Source: Chlorobiota bacterium (GTDB taxonomy: Bacteria; Bacteroidota; Ignavibacteria; Kapaibacteriales; NICIL-2). Taken from it: 64,000 nucleotides of DNA. Numbering within the stretch: position 1 is the stretch's first letter; each line of letters starts with the position of its first letter. The notes under the pieces are model-generated. The model was not told the origin of the DNA. It saw only the letters and a list, made by a program, of their open reading frames with translations, and did not search any database. This document shows, piece after piece, positions 20,267 through 30,177 of this stretch. A program made the position numbers and the translations under genes. The stretch is taken from contig JBDHXF010000006.1 in the NCBI GenBank assembly GCA_039810585.1, forward strand, positions 12,486 through 76,485, in the 5' to 3' direction.

Positions 20267-21592
20267 TTATCGCTTGAGTGAGTTGATTTCTTGCAAGAAC
20301 TGATCGCTGATGGTGATGGTTCTTGAGGCGGCTTCGAAAGCACGTTGGGTAGAAATCAAATCGGTGAATTGCGTGGTTAAGTCGACGTTAGAATCTTCAA
20401 GAGCGCCACCTTCAATTTTTACGCTGGAGAAGATATCGCTGGCGGTACCAATGTTGGGCAGACCGCTATTGGGCGACACGCTGAAGAGAGAATCGCCTTG
20501 CTTCGTCAAACCGCTAGGGTTCGTGAATTTGGCAACGGCAATTTGTCCGAGTACTTCTGTTTGACTGTTGGTAAATCCACCAAAGATGCGACCGGTTGAA
20601 TCGACGCTCAGGCTCGAGAGATTTCCTGCAGCATAGCCGTCTTGGCTTACCAAGTTCACGGAGCTTTGACCGGCAAATTGAGTAATACCGTTCAGCAGGT
20701 TGCCGGATTGCGCGAGTTCGATGGTAACGTCCTTTGTCGGATCGAAGGGTGTTCCGGAACCCAGAGCAGTATTCAAATCGGTTGCTTTGATATCGAAGCT
20801 CAACGGTGTGCTTAAGGATCCGTCGGGATTAAAGGTGACTGTAGCAGCCGATGCAGGAAGTGTAACGTTTTGTCCGTCCACCGTGCCGGTGATGGCGTAT
20901 TCGTTAGCGGTGGCTGACTTGGTGAAGGTCAGATTCATCACGTGTGAGATACCAATGTTGTCGTACACCGACACAGAGGTTTGGGCGGTTTCACCGGTTT
21001 GCAACGATGCATTTAAGTTGCCGGCCATTTGGACGTTTTGAGTTTGGCGAGGACTGGACTTCACGTTCGGGCTGATCACCACGTTGGTGAGGTTACGATC
21101 CAGAACGTTGGTTCCTGAAGAGTCCTTCACAATCTTTCCGGTTGCGTCCACTTTATCGTTGTATCCTTGAACAAAGGCACCGCTCACGCTATCAACAAGA
21201 TTTCCGTTCTTATCGAGCGAGAAATTGCCGGCGCGGGAGTAGAGTTGTGTTCCGTTACTGGAGAGAGCAAAGAAGCCATCGCCTGCAATGGCAACGTCCA
21301 GCGCGCGGTTTGTGGTACGGATACTTCCCTGACTAAAATCCGTGCGTACAGCACCCATGCGTACACCCAAGCCAATTTGCAAGGGGTCCACACCACCGGT
21401 TCCACCCTGGGCAATGTTCGACGGTCCTACACCAAGGTTCATCACCTGGGAGAGCTGGTCGACGAATGTGGCTTCGCTGGCTTTGTAGCCAACGGTATTG
21501 ACATTCGCGATGTTATTGGAAATCACATCCAGACGTTGCTGGTGTGCCTGAAGGGAAGTGGTTCCCGTCGTGAGTGAACGGATCAAAGCCAT
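20267..21592 (-). CDS. flgE: Flagellar hook protein FlgE
   Basis: N-terminal rod/hook motif LDVISNNIANVNTVGYK. C-terminal LEDSNVDLTTQFTDLISTQRAFEAASRTITISDQ. ATG 21592 (MALIRSL...). Confidence 0.9.
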   Translation of the reverse strand: MALIRSLTTGTTSLQAHQQRLDVISNNIANVNTVGYKASEATFVDQLSQVMNLGVGPSNIAQGGTGGVDPLQIGLGVRMGAVRTDFSQGSIRTTNRALDVAIAGDGFFALSSNGTQLYSRAGNFSLDKNGNLVDSVSGAFVQGYNDKVDATGKIVKDSSGTNVLDRNLTNVVISPNVKSSPRQTQNVQMAGNLNASLQTGETAQTSVSVYDNIGISHVMNLTFTKSATANEYAITGTVDGQNVTLPASAATVTFNPDGSLSTPLSFDIKATDLNTALGSGTPFDPTKDVTIELAQSGNLLNGITQFAGQSSVNLVSQDGYAAGNLSSLSVDSTGRIFGGFTNSQTEVLGQIAVAKFTNPSGLTKQGDSLFSVSPNSGLPNIGTASDIFSSVKIEGGALEDSNVDLTTQFTDLISTQRAFEAASRTITISDQFLQEINSLKR

Positions 21593-21847
21593 AAAAGACC
21601 CTCGAGAAATAGTGGAGAATACATTGACCAACCGTTGTGACAGCCGTCGGTGCTGGATTTCAATTCGTATGCGCGCAGCGCATCCGTATTATTAATCTCC
21701 TGCATCATGTGTGCTGTCGGGTGGTTAAGGGAGAGCTTTCGTCAGTCGGTCGGAAAGCTACTCTAGAGGAGGGTCTCCTGCCGGCCGATTGTGTAATCGA
21801 CCGGACGAGGTCCAACCCAAGTTTTGCCACTGCTCTAACCACAAAGC

Positions 21848-22228
21848 TTAGGCAACAACTGCTGAATCGATGTTCGTGAACACATTGTTCTGTGTCTGTT
21901 CGCCTTTCATCGCGGTAATCACCGTGCGATTGCGAACACTAACGATGAATGCCATATCCCGGAGCATGACCAGGGAATCCTGAGCGCCTTTGTCGCCCGC
22001 TTTCGTCACCGCCGACTCCAAACGCTTCATATCATCTGAACTGAGCGTGATATCACGACTGTTCAAACGTGCCTGCGCATGATTGGAAAACTTGAGGCCT
22101 TCCAGCTCAGTGTGCAGAATGTCAGCAAAGGGAGTTGAGGGAGTGGACGAGATCTGGGCCGGCGTTGATCTGAGTTGATCAACCCCGCCTAGCGGTACGA
22201 AGGGAAGGTTTATGCCTTGGAGTTCCAT
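21848..22228 (-). CDS. Flagellar operon protein of the TIGR02530 type (normally found between flgD and flgE)
   Basis: LKFSNHAQARLNSRDITLSSDDMKRLESAVTKAGDKGAQDSLVMLRDMAFIVSVRNRTVITAM matches my recollection of that family's conserved core. ATG 22228 inside the tracked ORF. Confidence 0.65.
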   Translation of the reverse strand: MELQGINLPFVPLGGVDQLRSTPAQISSTPSTPFADILHTELEGLKFSNHAQARLNSRDITLSSDDMKRLESAVTKAGDKGAQDSLVMLRDMAFIVSVRNRTVITAMKGEQTQNNVFTNIDSAVVA

Positions 22229-22309
22229 ACGTCGTTCATTCCTTGAATTGCTCCTGTCATCCTTGACATGGATTGGCGCATCGTGACACGAAGCGCTCAA
22301 CAGAGAGAG

Positions 22310-22336
22310 TTATCGGACAGGCTTGTCCACACTTGA
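22310..22336 (-). promoter_or_regulatory. Candidate sigma-28 (FliA)-type promoter TCAA-N15-TCCGATAA upstream of the flagellar pair
   Basis: Minus-strand reading gives TCAA (22336..22333), a 15-nt spacer, then TCCGATAA (22317..22310). The canonical form is TAAA-N15-GCCGATAA. It lies 82-108 nt upstream of ATG 22228 and downstream of a strong terminator. Confidence 0.4.
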
Positions 22337-22433
22337 GAAAAATATTTCATAGTCCCTCAGATCAGATGTGCCCTACTTGCAGCTGCAGCCTCCTTGCCCT
22401 TCCGAATCGCTTTCGCAAGCCTGAGGCACCTGT

Positions 22434-22471
22434 AAAAAAAGCAACAGCCGGAACGTGGCGGTTCCGGCTGT
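22434..22471 (-). terminator. Intrinsic terminator of the upstream MCP gene
   Basis: 11-bp perfect stem ACAGCCGGAAC/GTTCCGGCTGT followed on the minus strand by a run of 7 T. Confidence 0.7.
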
Positions 22472-22520
22472 CTTTGGAGTGTGGAGCTCGTGCGCATGTG
22501 CGCTTTGTGTTTTTCGTCTG

Positions 22521-24812
22521 TTAGGCAGCGTACTGCGTGTGGCTGTGTTTGCTTTGCGCAGTGGCCATGCCCTTGTCGGGGGCAATAACGGGACGATGTC
22601 CTGCGTTTGTGCCTTCGTCGTGCAGTCGGAAGTGCGACACCAGATTATGCAAATTCTCGGTCAGCCTGTTCAAGTCGTCCGCTGCATGGGCAATCTGATC
22701 GGTGCCGCTAGCAGTTTGGGTCGTTACCTCACTGATAGCCTGAATACTGCGGCTAATGGTTTCACTGGCGCTGGACTGCTGTTCGCTGGCCACGGCGATC
22801 TGGGTGATCATCGTGGTTACATTCTGCACCGCATCCGAGATGCTGGCAAATGCTGTCCGCGCCTGATCCGTCAGGTGAATCCCCTTGTCCACTTCGCTCG
22901 TTCCGGCTTCCATCGACGAGATCGCGTTTTCCGTTTCTGTCTGAATTCTTGAAATCATGGTCGAGATTTCCTTGGTTGCTTTCGTAGTGCGTTCGGCTAG
23001 TTTTCGCACCTCATCAGCCACCACCGCGAATCCTCGGCCTTGCTCGCCTGCTCGTGCAGCTTCAATAGCCGCATTCAACGCCAGCAAGTTTGTTTGATCG
23101 GCGATGTCGTTGATCACGGTGATAATCTCACCGATTTGTGAGCTGCTCTCGCCCAAAACTTTCACTGTCTGGGCGGAGTCGTGAACCACGTTGGCAATTC
23201 GCTTCATTCCTTCCACCGCCTCGATGATCGACTGAACGCCATGATCAGCGGTTTCTCGTGCCATTTCTGCACTCTGCGCCGTGTCACGTGCGTTATTGGA
23301 ATTTTCGATGATGGTTTTGGTCATCTCTTCCACCGCACTGGCAACGTCGTTCGTTTGCATGGTCAACTCATGCTGACCCGCGGCCATTTCTTCAGTCGAC
23401 GAGCTGATTTGTGACGATGCGCTGGCTGTTGCTTCCACGGCATTTTGTACGCCTTCAATGACGTCACGGAGTTTTACCACCGAATCGTTAAAGCCGCGAC
23501 AGAGCTCGGCCACCACCGCATCGCCCTCTTCCGATACCTGAACATTCAGGTTACCTGCGGAGCGCTCTTCCATGGCTACCAAGACCATGGAAACGGATTG
23601 ACGAAGGTATTCGGTGTACTTTTCAGATTCAATCTTGAGGGCTTGTGCTTCTTCGGCAAAGGCCTGGGCTTTTTGCCGCTCCTGCTCATTCGCCACCTGC
23701 GATTCCTGAATCTTATCAACCATGGCGTTGAAACCCACACCGAGTTTTCCAAGATCATCGTTCGATACCACCGTAACGCGTGTATCAAGGTATCCTTCTT
23801 GAACCTGGTTCAAGGCATCGCCCAATTCGCGTACCCGTTGAACGATGTAGGAAGCAATGCGACGACTCAATACTACCGGGAGGATAAGTAGGAAGAGCGC
23901 TAACAGGACGCTTCGAATACGATCGTGCGAGAATCCGGTAGCACGACTATCCAGCAACGCATGGAGTTGATCGAGCGAGGCCTGAGCAAGACTAGCGTTT
24001 CGAGTATAGGCTGCGTCCAACTCGGATTGCAATCCACGAACGATAGCCCGAGCGGAATCACCCTTGCTATTACCGATGTGCTCTAAGTCTGCCAGAGAAC
24101 GAAATGAACTGAGCGCCGGAGCAATCGATGCTTCCAGATTTTTCTTTACATCGCCGCTCGCATTCTTAGTCATCGAAGTTTGCAGATCGGATTCCATCAC
24201 ACCGCAGACGTCTTCGATGCGAGCGCAAGTGACGGTTAAGCGAGTGAATGCTTCGGGTCCTCCATTCGTGCAACAGTACTGCAGATCCTGCAGCAATTTT
24301 GCTTGGAGTATAGCCATGTCCTGACTCCTAACACAACAGGCATCCATCAAGTAGTATGAATCCAGATCGGGGTCAAGGGTTAGGTTAGAGTTGTCTGCCA
24401 CGGTAGAGATCACATCACGCGTGGCACGTTGCAGATCAGCAGCTTTAACGGCGTCACTTCCCGATCCGCATGCTTGCACAGAGGATTCAAGAGACGAGAT
24501 TTTACTGTCGATTTCGAGTGTCTGACAATTGTCCTTTTGCGCCTTCAAATCACTCAGAGCTTTTGCCACCACCGCCTGATCCATGCAAGCGAACTCCGAT
24601 CCAGCTTTCGACGACTCAATCATGAGCGCCGTAAGAGGCTTCAGGACTTCTGTACCCGCTTGCTCTTTGGAAGCAAACTGAATGCCCTCGTTACGAACGG
24701 TAACGAAGAAGTACATCAGGACAAGAATAACCACACTGAATCCAATGGTGGTCACCAATAGTTTCTGCTCGATGCTTCCCTTACGGAGATACATCTCAAT
24801 CTTCTCTTTCAT
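22521..24812 (-). CDS. Methyl-accepting chemotaxis protein (one N-terminal TM helix, ~290-aa Cys-containing sensor region, HAMP repeats)
   Basis: Signalling hairpin [45 protein letters not shown]-like segments. ATG 24812 (MKEKIEMYL...). Confidence 0.9.
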   Translation of the reverse strand: MKEKIEMYLRKGSIEQKLLVTTIGFSVVILVLMYFFVTVRNEGIQFASKEQAGTEVLKPLTALMIESSKAGSEFACMDQAVVAKALSDLKAQKDNCQTLEIDSKISSLESSVQACGSGSDAVKAADLQRATRDVISTVADNSNLTLDPDLDSYYLMDACCVRSQDMAILQAKLLQDLQYCCTNGGPEAFTRLTVTCARIEDVCGVMESDLQTSMTKNASGDVKKNLEASIAPALSSFRSLADLEHIGNSKGDSARAIVRGLQSELDAAYTRNASLAQASLDQLHALLDSRATGFSHDRIRSVLLALFLLILPVVLSRRIASYIVQRVRELGDALNQVQEGYLDTRVTVVSNDDLGKLGVGFNAMVDKIQESQVANEQERQKAQAFAEEAQALKIESEKYTEYLRQSVSMVLVAMEERSAGNLNVQVSEEGDAVVAELCRGFNDSVVKLRDVIEGVQNAVEATASASSQISSSTEEMAAGQHELTMQTNDVASAVEEMTKTIIENSNNARDTAQSAEMARETADHGVQSIIEAVEGMKRIANVVHDSAQTVKVLGESSSQIGEIITVINDIADQTNLLALNAAIEAARAGEQGRGFAVVADEVRKLAERTTKATKEISTMISRIQTETENAISSMEAGTSEVDKGIHLTDQARTAFASISDAVQNVTTMITQIAVASEQQSSASETISRSIQAISEVTTQTASGTDQIAHAADDLNRLTENLHNLVSHFRLHDEGTNAGHRPVIAPDKGMATAQSKHSHTQYAA

Positions 24813-24907
24813 TGATCTAAATCGGAATATCGTTGTTGAAAAATGTTCATGTACCACAGGGTAGCGCAAGGCGCTTATCGCTGCCTTAGGTCACAACTCG
24901 AGACAGA

Positions 24908-26011
24908 CTAGAAGGAAACGCCGAGGCTGAATATTCCTTCAAGGCGGCTGTGCGAGTTTGTGCCATTGCTGTTTTCAAACATGGCATCGACCATAGAGTC
25001 GTGCATGCTGCGCGCTTCACAGCGTACGTACGCGTTTTCGACGGGACGGTATTCCAATCCCAGCGTGGCTGCTTGAGCTATCATCTTCGTCGATCCGCTC
25101 AACACACCATCGGCATCATGGAAGAACTCAGCACGACCACTCACGAATAGTCCTGAATTGATTTCGTAACGCAGCGATGCAAACGCGCCATACACCATCG
25201 ACATAGAAGCTGCGTCTTCGCTAATTTTTTGCATTCCTTGGTCGGCCGTAATCTTCAGTTTCAACGCATCGCTGAGGCTGGTATTGAAGACCAGGTTGTT
25301 GCACACACGCATGAGCGACGGAGAGCCGGCGGGTTGCTCGTTGCCTGCTATTCCGTTTAAAGCCAGAGTCGAAGAAGGGCTCAGCTTGTAGCTGATGCCC
25401 CAGCCAATTGATTTCTGTTCGTTATTATCCGTAAATCGATTGTATCCGTTCAGGGCGTGTAGGCTCACGCTCACGTCGCTCGTGGCATCCCAGCTCAAAC
25501 GCACTCCACTCTGAAAAATGGGTTCGAACTGTGTAATGAGAGCCACACTTGCCAACCAGTTATCGCGAGGCGTAATGGCCTCACCACCAATGTGTGTGAG
25601 GAAGTAGCCGGCATCGATCCACAGACCCTCATGCAAACGCAATCCGGCATAGGCTTCCTGAATGCGATTGCTTGGTGTGAGAATATCCTCACCCGTTGCC
25701 ACCCAATCATATTGTGCAATGTCGCCGTACTGCAATGTGATTTTTGCATGGTATCGTTCAGCATCCGCAACGGCACTCATTTGCACTATGTTGAGTGCAA
25801 ATTTGTCCTTCGCAATGTTCAACGGGTTGGTAGCAAATCTGTTCTGCGCCGCCCGCGCATCGTTATCCATGGCGTAGTAGCTATCGATATAGCCATTGAA
25901 CTTTAACGACACAGCCGCCGCACTATCGGCACCTGCGCTTGTTGCCGTGTTTTGAGCATACACTGCCGAGCTTAAGATGAGAGTCGATACCAAAACGACA
26001 ATCGCTTTCAT
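24908..26011 (-). CDS. Outer-membrane beta-barrel porin-like protein
   Basis: Signal peptide MKAIVVLVSTLILSSAVYAQ. Alternating amphipathic strands rich in Y/G/A. C-terminal ...FSLGVSF. Specific family not determined. Confidence 0.55.
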   Translation of the reverse strand: MKAIVVLVSTLILSSAVYAQNTATSAGADSAAAVSLKFNGYIDSYYAMDNDARAAQNRFATNPLNIAKDKFALNIVQMSAVADAERYHAKITLQYGDIAQYDWVATGEDILTPSNRIQEAYAGLRLHEGLWIDAGYFLTHIGGEAITPRDNWLASVALITQFEPIFQSGVRLSWDATSDVSVSLHALNGYNRFTDNNEQKSIGWGISYKLSPSSTLALNGIAGNEQPAGSPSLMRVCNNLVFNTSLSDALKLKITADQGMQKISEDAASMSMVYGAFASLRYEINSGLFVSGRAEFFHDADGVLSGSTKMIAQAATLGLEYRPVENAYVRCEARSMHDSMVDAMFENSNGTNSHSRLEGIFSLGVSF

Positions 26012-26211
26012 AATCTTCCTTCGATTGGTGAAAAGTCAAACAACCAAGACAGAGAGTTCAGTCTTAAGTGTTGCGATGTTTGCGTAGTGATTATCGAATC
26101 AAAGAGCTCGAGCTGAAGGGTTTTTTAGAAGATAATTTCTACCGAAATTCTTTAATAAGCGAGGTCATGGTCTCGAAGAAGCGAAAGCTCACATGCCCTT
26201 GACGCACACAC

Positions 26212-26297
26212 GTGAGCCACCCACTCGGCGATGCCGAGTGGGTGGCTCACTCTTTTTAGGCTTATCCACAAAACAGTGATTCGACTCAAATTTCGAG
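26212..26297 (+). repeat. Intergenic element A1: 18-bp-arm perfect hairpin, T-run and TTATCCACA module
   Basis: GTGAGCCACCCACTCGGC-GAT-GCCGAGTGGGTGGCTCAC (26212..26250), then TCTTTTT, then TTATCCACA (26262..26270). 77/86 identical to A2. Confidence 0.85.
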
Positions 26298-26448
26298 GGG
26301 TGTATTGGGGATAAAATTCTGGCTTGTGGAAAGTATTGAACGGATACGGATGTCCACACCTGGCACTCCGCTGACCATTTTGGAAGAAACGGGTTTTTCT
26401 TCGAGAATGACACGTATTCCAAAGGGACATCGCCTGGAGCCAGACGTG

Positions 26449-26534
26449 GTGAGCCACCCACTTGGCGAAGCCGAGTGGGTGGCTCACGCTTTTTAGGCTT
26501 ATGCACAAAACAGCGATTTCGCTCAAATTTCGAC
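26449..26534 (+). repeat. Intergenic element A2, a copy of A1 237 bp downstream
   Basis: Same hairpin with one arm change (C to T) that keeps a G-U pair only in a plus-strand RNA. Followed by GCTTTTT and TTATGCACA. Confidence 0.85.
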
Positions 26535-26604
26535 GTAGTAGATGGGGATATTAATTAGCCATGTGCAAACATTCACGATGATTTTGATGTCCAGATACCC
26601 ACAA

Positions 26605-26639
26605 ATGAAAAACCGCTGCCTTGAAATCAAGACAGCGGT
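26605..26639 (-). terminator. Intrinsic terminator of the che operon / haem MCP gene
   Basis: Stem ACCGCTG/CAGCGGT followed by TTTTT on the minus strand, about 45 nt after the stop at 26684. Confidence 0.6.
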
Positions 26640-26683
26640 AAAGATGATCAGCAGCGCGAAGCGCGTTGGTAATGAGTCGTCGC

Positions 26684-28861
26684 TTAGTAGTTCGAGTGAG
26701 CGGAGCTGTGCGAGTGACTCATGGTGTTTGAGCGACCAGCGGTTTTGTCGGCCATGTACTGCGGACGTGCGCCGGAGCTGCGCGGTGAGTTTTCGTTGAG
26801 TGTGAAATGACTCACGAGCTGGTGCAGGTTTTCGGTCAGACGGTTAAGGTCGTCCGCCGCGTGGGCGATTTGCTCGGTGCCAGTCGCGGTTTGGCTGGTG
26901 ACTTCGCTAATGCCTTGCACGCTACGACTAATCGTTTCCGACGCGTTGGATTGCTCTTCGCTGGCGACGGCAATCTGGTTGATCATGCCTGCCACCTTGC
27001 GAACGGCCTCGGAGATTTCGTTGAAGGCGCTGCCTGCTTGATCGGTCATAGCGATACCGGCGCTGACCTGACGAGTACCCTCGTTGATGGACGACACCGC
27101 AGAGCTCGTATCACGCTGGATACTTTGGATCATCGACGAGATTTCCTTGGTGGCCTTGGTGGTGCGTTCGGCAAGCTTGCGCACTTCGTCGGCTACGACG
27201 GCAAATCCACGACCTTGCTCGCCTGCTCGTGCGGCTTCGATGGCTGCGTTGAGGGCAAGCAGGTTGGTCTGATCGGCGATGTCGTTGATCACCGAGACGA
27301 TTTCACCGATTTGCGTTGAGGAACGTCCTAACGCTTCGACTGTTTGAGCGGAGCTATGAACCACGTCGGCGATGCGACGCATTCCTTCCACAGTCTCTTG
27401 CAGCACTTTCACACCGGAGTCGGCCGTCGTGCGAGCCTGATCGGCCATGTCGGCTGTGGAACGGGCGTTGGAGGAGTTTTCGATAATCGTCTTTGTCATC
27501 TCTTCCACGGCACTGGCAACGTCGGCGGTTTGCATGGTTTGTTCGTGCGAGCCGGCAGCCATTTCTTCCGTTGAGGATGATATTTCTGCCGATGCACTAG
27601 CAGTGGCTTCTACGGCACCGAGGACGTTTTCGACGATAGCGCGGAGGTTGGCAACGGCATCGTTGAAGCCTGCCATGAGCTGACCAATTTCGTCGCTCGA
27701 CGTCACGTCCAGCTTTGTCGTCAAATCGCCGGCGGCAAAGCGTTTCATGGCTTCGAGCACGGTGCTGACGGATTCGGCGAGGTAGCGACGTTGCTGTTCG
27801 TCTTTCTCCGTGGACTCGCGAATACTGCTAATCATAGAATTGAAGCCGGACTTCAGGCGACCGATATCGTCCTGCGAATCTCCGTCGATCTGCACTGACA
27901 TATCGCCCTGACTAAAGCGGTCCATTGCCTGCAGAATAGCCGAGACAGATTCGTTGAGATAGCGACGGTTTTCTTCAGATACTTGTTGAGCTTGTTGGAT
28001 GTTCGACACCATGGTGTTGAACGATGCACTAAGTACACCGAGTTCGTCTTTCGTGGTAATCTTCACTCGAGCATCCATGTTGCCGGCTCCGACTTCGTCG
28101 TTTGCCTTCATGAGGTTGTTCACCGGTTTCATGATCATAGCCGAGATGCCTAATCCCATGAGAATGAAAACACCAACCACAACGGCAAGAATGCGGAAAA
28201 TCATGGCTGCACCTTGCTGAGCGGCTTCACGCACCGGCGCCATTGGCATAATCACCTCAAACGCACCGTGCACTTCGCCTTCTTTCCAGTTTTCCATCTT
28301 CGCACCGGTTGCGTCTAAACCTTCGTTGTTTCCCCAGAGAGCCATGGAATTTGCCGGATTGCCGTGACAATTCAGGCACTCAGAGGTGAGCTTTACGGGA
28401 CGGAAGAAGCGCAGGTTGTCGGACTTGTCATCAATTTGATAGTACTCCGACACCGTCCCACCTTCCAGCTTGTGCAATACATCTGCCTCAAAGGCATCCG
28501 GCTCGTTGTCTGGGTTGCGCGGTTGAAACTTGGGTACCTTAATGGTTAAACCAAGATCCTTTGCCTTAGCTTTTGCTACTTGAATTGCAGCAAAGACCGG
28601 TACGGTGTACAGGAGGTCGTCCTTTTTCTTAATGTCTGCTTTGAACAGGTTCTTCTTGTACTGCGTAGCCGCATACTCACGAGCCGATTCGGCAGAGAGA
28701 ACCAAGGCGCGGGCTTTTTCCACGTAGGCTTCTTCTTTCTGATCGATGTACATGTTCACGATGGCCTTGTACACGCCAAATGCTCCCAACACACATCCGA
28801 GAAGCAGTGGAAGCAAAATCTTCATCCGAATACCGGAAAAGAACTGTATGAATTTTTTCAT
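26684..28861 (-). CDS. Methyl-accepting chemotaxis protein with a periplasmic DUF3365/Tll0287-like c-type-haem (CXXCH) sensor domain and three HAMP-like units
   Basis: Single CXXCH ([11 protein letters not shown], aa 162-166) in the periplasmic domain between two TM segments. Three HAMP-like repeats. Canonical MCP hairpin [41 protein letters not shown]. Confidence 0.9.
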   Translation of the reverse strand: MKKFIQFFSGIRMKILLPLLLGCVLGAFGVYKAIVNMYIDQKEEAYVEKARALVLSAESAREYAATQYKKNLFKADIKKKDDLLYTVPVFAAIQVAKAKAKDLGLTIKVPKFQPRNPDNEPDAFEADVLHKLEGGTVSEYYQIDDKSDNLRFFRPVKLTSECLNCHGNPANSMALWGNNEGLDATGAKMENWKEGEVHGAFEVIMPMAPVREAAQQGAAMIFRILAVVVGVFILMGLGISAMIMKPVNNLMKANDEVGAGNMDARVKITTKDELGVLSASFNTMVSNIQQAQQVSEENRRYLNESVSAILQAMDRFSQGDMSVQIDGDSQDDIGRLKSGFNSMISSIRESTEKDEQQRRYLAESVSTVLEAMKRFAAGDLTTKLDVTSSDEIGQLMAGFNDAVANLRAIVENVLGAVEATASASAEISSSTEEMAAGSHEQTMQTADVASAVEEMTKTIIENSSNARSTADMADQARTTADSGVKVLQETVEGMRRIADVVHSSAQTVEALGRSSTQIGEIVSVINDIADQTNLLALNAAIEAARAGEQGRGFAVVADEVRKLAERTTKATKEISSMIQSIQRDTSSAVSSINEGTRQVSAGIAMTDQAGSAFNEISEAVRKVAGMINQIAVASEEQSNASETISRSVQGISEVTSQTATGTEQIAHAADDLNRLTENLHQLVSHFTLNENSPRSSGARPQYMADKTAGRSNTMSHSHSSAHSNY

Positions 28862-29082
28862 AAGAAACTCACTCTAATGGATTGGTTTGCGTTGTGTTGA
28901 AAAGCTCGAGATGCTGATAGTGAACGCAGTTGAGCTATCCTTGGCTATTATCGGACTATTAGATACAATTATTGAGAATGATTTTTTAAGCGTGTTTGGA
29001 ATCCGAATCGTATCCGAATTGAAGGTGACTGAACTGACATGTTGAGGGCGCGAAGGCGCAGCGCGCCGCGTGAATTGAAAGG

Positions 29083-30177
29083 TCAGGAGATCAGCTTTGC
29101 CAGTGCCATAGGAATGTCTTCGACGTTTAGCACCACGTCGCTCACCTTCGATTCGATGGCTGCGCGAGGCATGCCGTAGACCACACAACTGTCTTCGCTT
29201 TGCGCTACTACGTAGCCACCTTTGCTCTTGATGGTCTTCAGACCTTCCAAGCCATCGCGTCCCATCCCTGTCATAATTACTCCCAAGAGAGGCTTGCGTA
29301 GTTGTTCACTGGCAGAATTCATGAGCACGTCCACACTCGGTTTATAAATCGAGCCGTTGCTTTCGTCATTCACGCGAAAGATGGTTTTCATACCAACGCG
29401 TTGCAATATGAGTTGGCGTCCTCCCGGAGCCAGATACACAGTACCGTTTTCCATCGTCTCGCCATCTTCCACTTCACGAACCGGGAGTGGGCATACCGCA
29501 TTGAGTCGCTCCGCCAGTGAGGTGGTAAACTTTGGCGGCATGTGTTGTACGATGATAATCGGAATGGCAGAGCTCGACGGAAACTTGGGTGCAATACGCA
29601 TCAGCGCTTGTGGACCGCCGGTAGAAACTCCAATCACCGCGGCAGCAAATCCACCGGCTACCGGTCTGGTTGGAACCGCAGACAGAGGCTGTGCAGCACC
29701 GGACGCGGTTCCCGGTGCCGGAGATGTGAGTGTTGTGTTGCGACGGAGTTCGACATCGGCCGCGCGGCGGGGCCGGCGACTGGATGCGATGCCAATAATT
29801 TTTTCGTGCAGCAGGTTCTTGATCTTCAGGATATCCAGCGACACGTAGGAGAGTTGCTTCGGGATGAAATCTACAGCTCCGCGTTCCAACGCATCAAGTG
29901 TGGCGGTGGCGCCTTCGGTGGTGAGAGAGCTGACCATCATGACGGGAGTGGGACACTCTTTCATGATGGTGGAGAGAGCGCTGAGACCGTCCATCACGGG
30001 CATTTCGATGTCCATGGTCACCACGTCCGGACGGAACTTCTTCACCAGCTCCACGCCTTCTTTTCCGTCACGTCCGGTTGCCACCACTTTCAAGTCCGGA
30101 TGTGACTCGATCATCGTGGCAAGCGACTTGCGCATGAAGGCGGAATCGTCGACGACGATGACGTTGATGGGTTTCAT
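29083..30177 (-). CDS. cheB: Chemotaxis response regulator protein-glutamate methylesterase CheB
   Basis: Receiver domain (VVDDSAFMR, DIEMPVMDG) plus methylesterase motifs (GVSTGGPQAL, VQHMP, GMGRDG). ATG 30177 overlaps the cheA stop (ATGA). Confidence 0.95.
   Translation of the reverse strand: MKPINVIVVDDSAFMRKSLATMIESHPDLKVVATGRDGKEGVELVKKFRPDVVTMDIEMPVMDGLSALSTIMKECPTPVMMVSSLTTEGATATLDALERGAVDFIPKQLSYVSLDILKIKNLLHEKIIGIASSRRPRRAADVELRRNTTLTSPAPGTASGAAQPLSAVPTRPVAGGFAAAVIGVSTGGPQALMRIAPKFPSSSAIPIIIVQHMPPKFTTSLAERLNAVCPLPVREVEDGETMENGTVYLAPGGRQLILQRVGMKTIFRVNDESNGSIYKPSVDVLMNSASEQLRKPLLGVIMTGMGRDGLEGLKTIKSKGGYVVAQSEDSCVVYGMPRAAIESKVSDVVLNVEDIPMALAKLIS

Noticed and set aside
26152-26526. 124-aa and 105-aa minus-strand ORFs, and a 63-aa plus-strand ORF, spanning the A1/A2 repeats
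   Set aside because: Their apparent internal duplication simply reflects translation through the two DNA repeats and hairpins. There is no start context or protein-like composition.
26212-26534. Possible CRISPR array (also considered for 37738..37963)
   Set aside because: There are only two copies. The units are 86 and 113 bp rather than 24-48 bp. The 37.7-kb copies are directly abutting with no spacers, and the 26-kb copies are separated by a single 151-bp segment. No cas genes are in the window.
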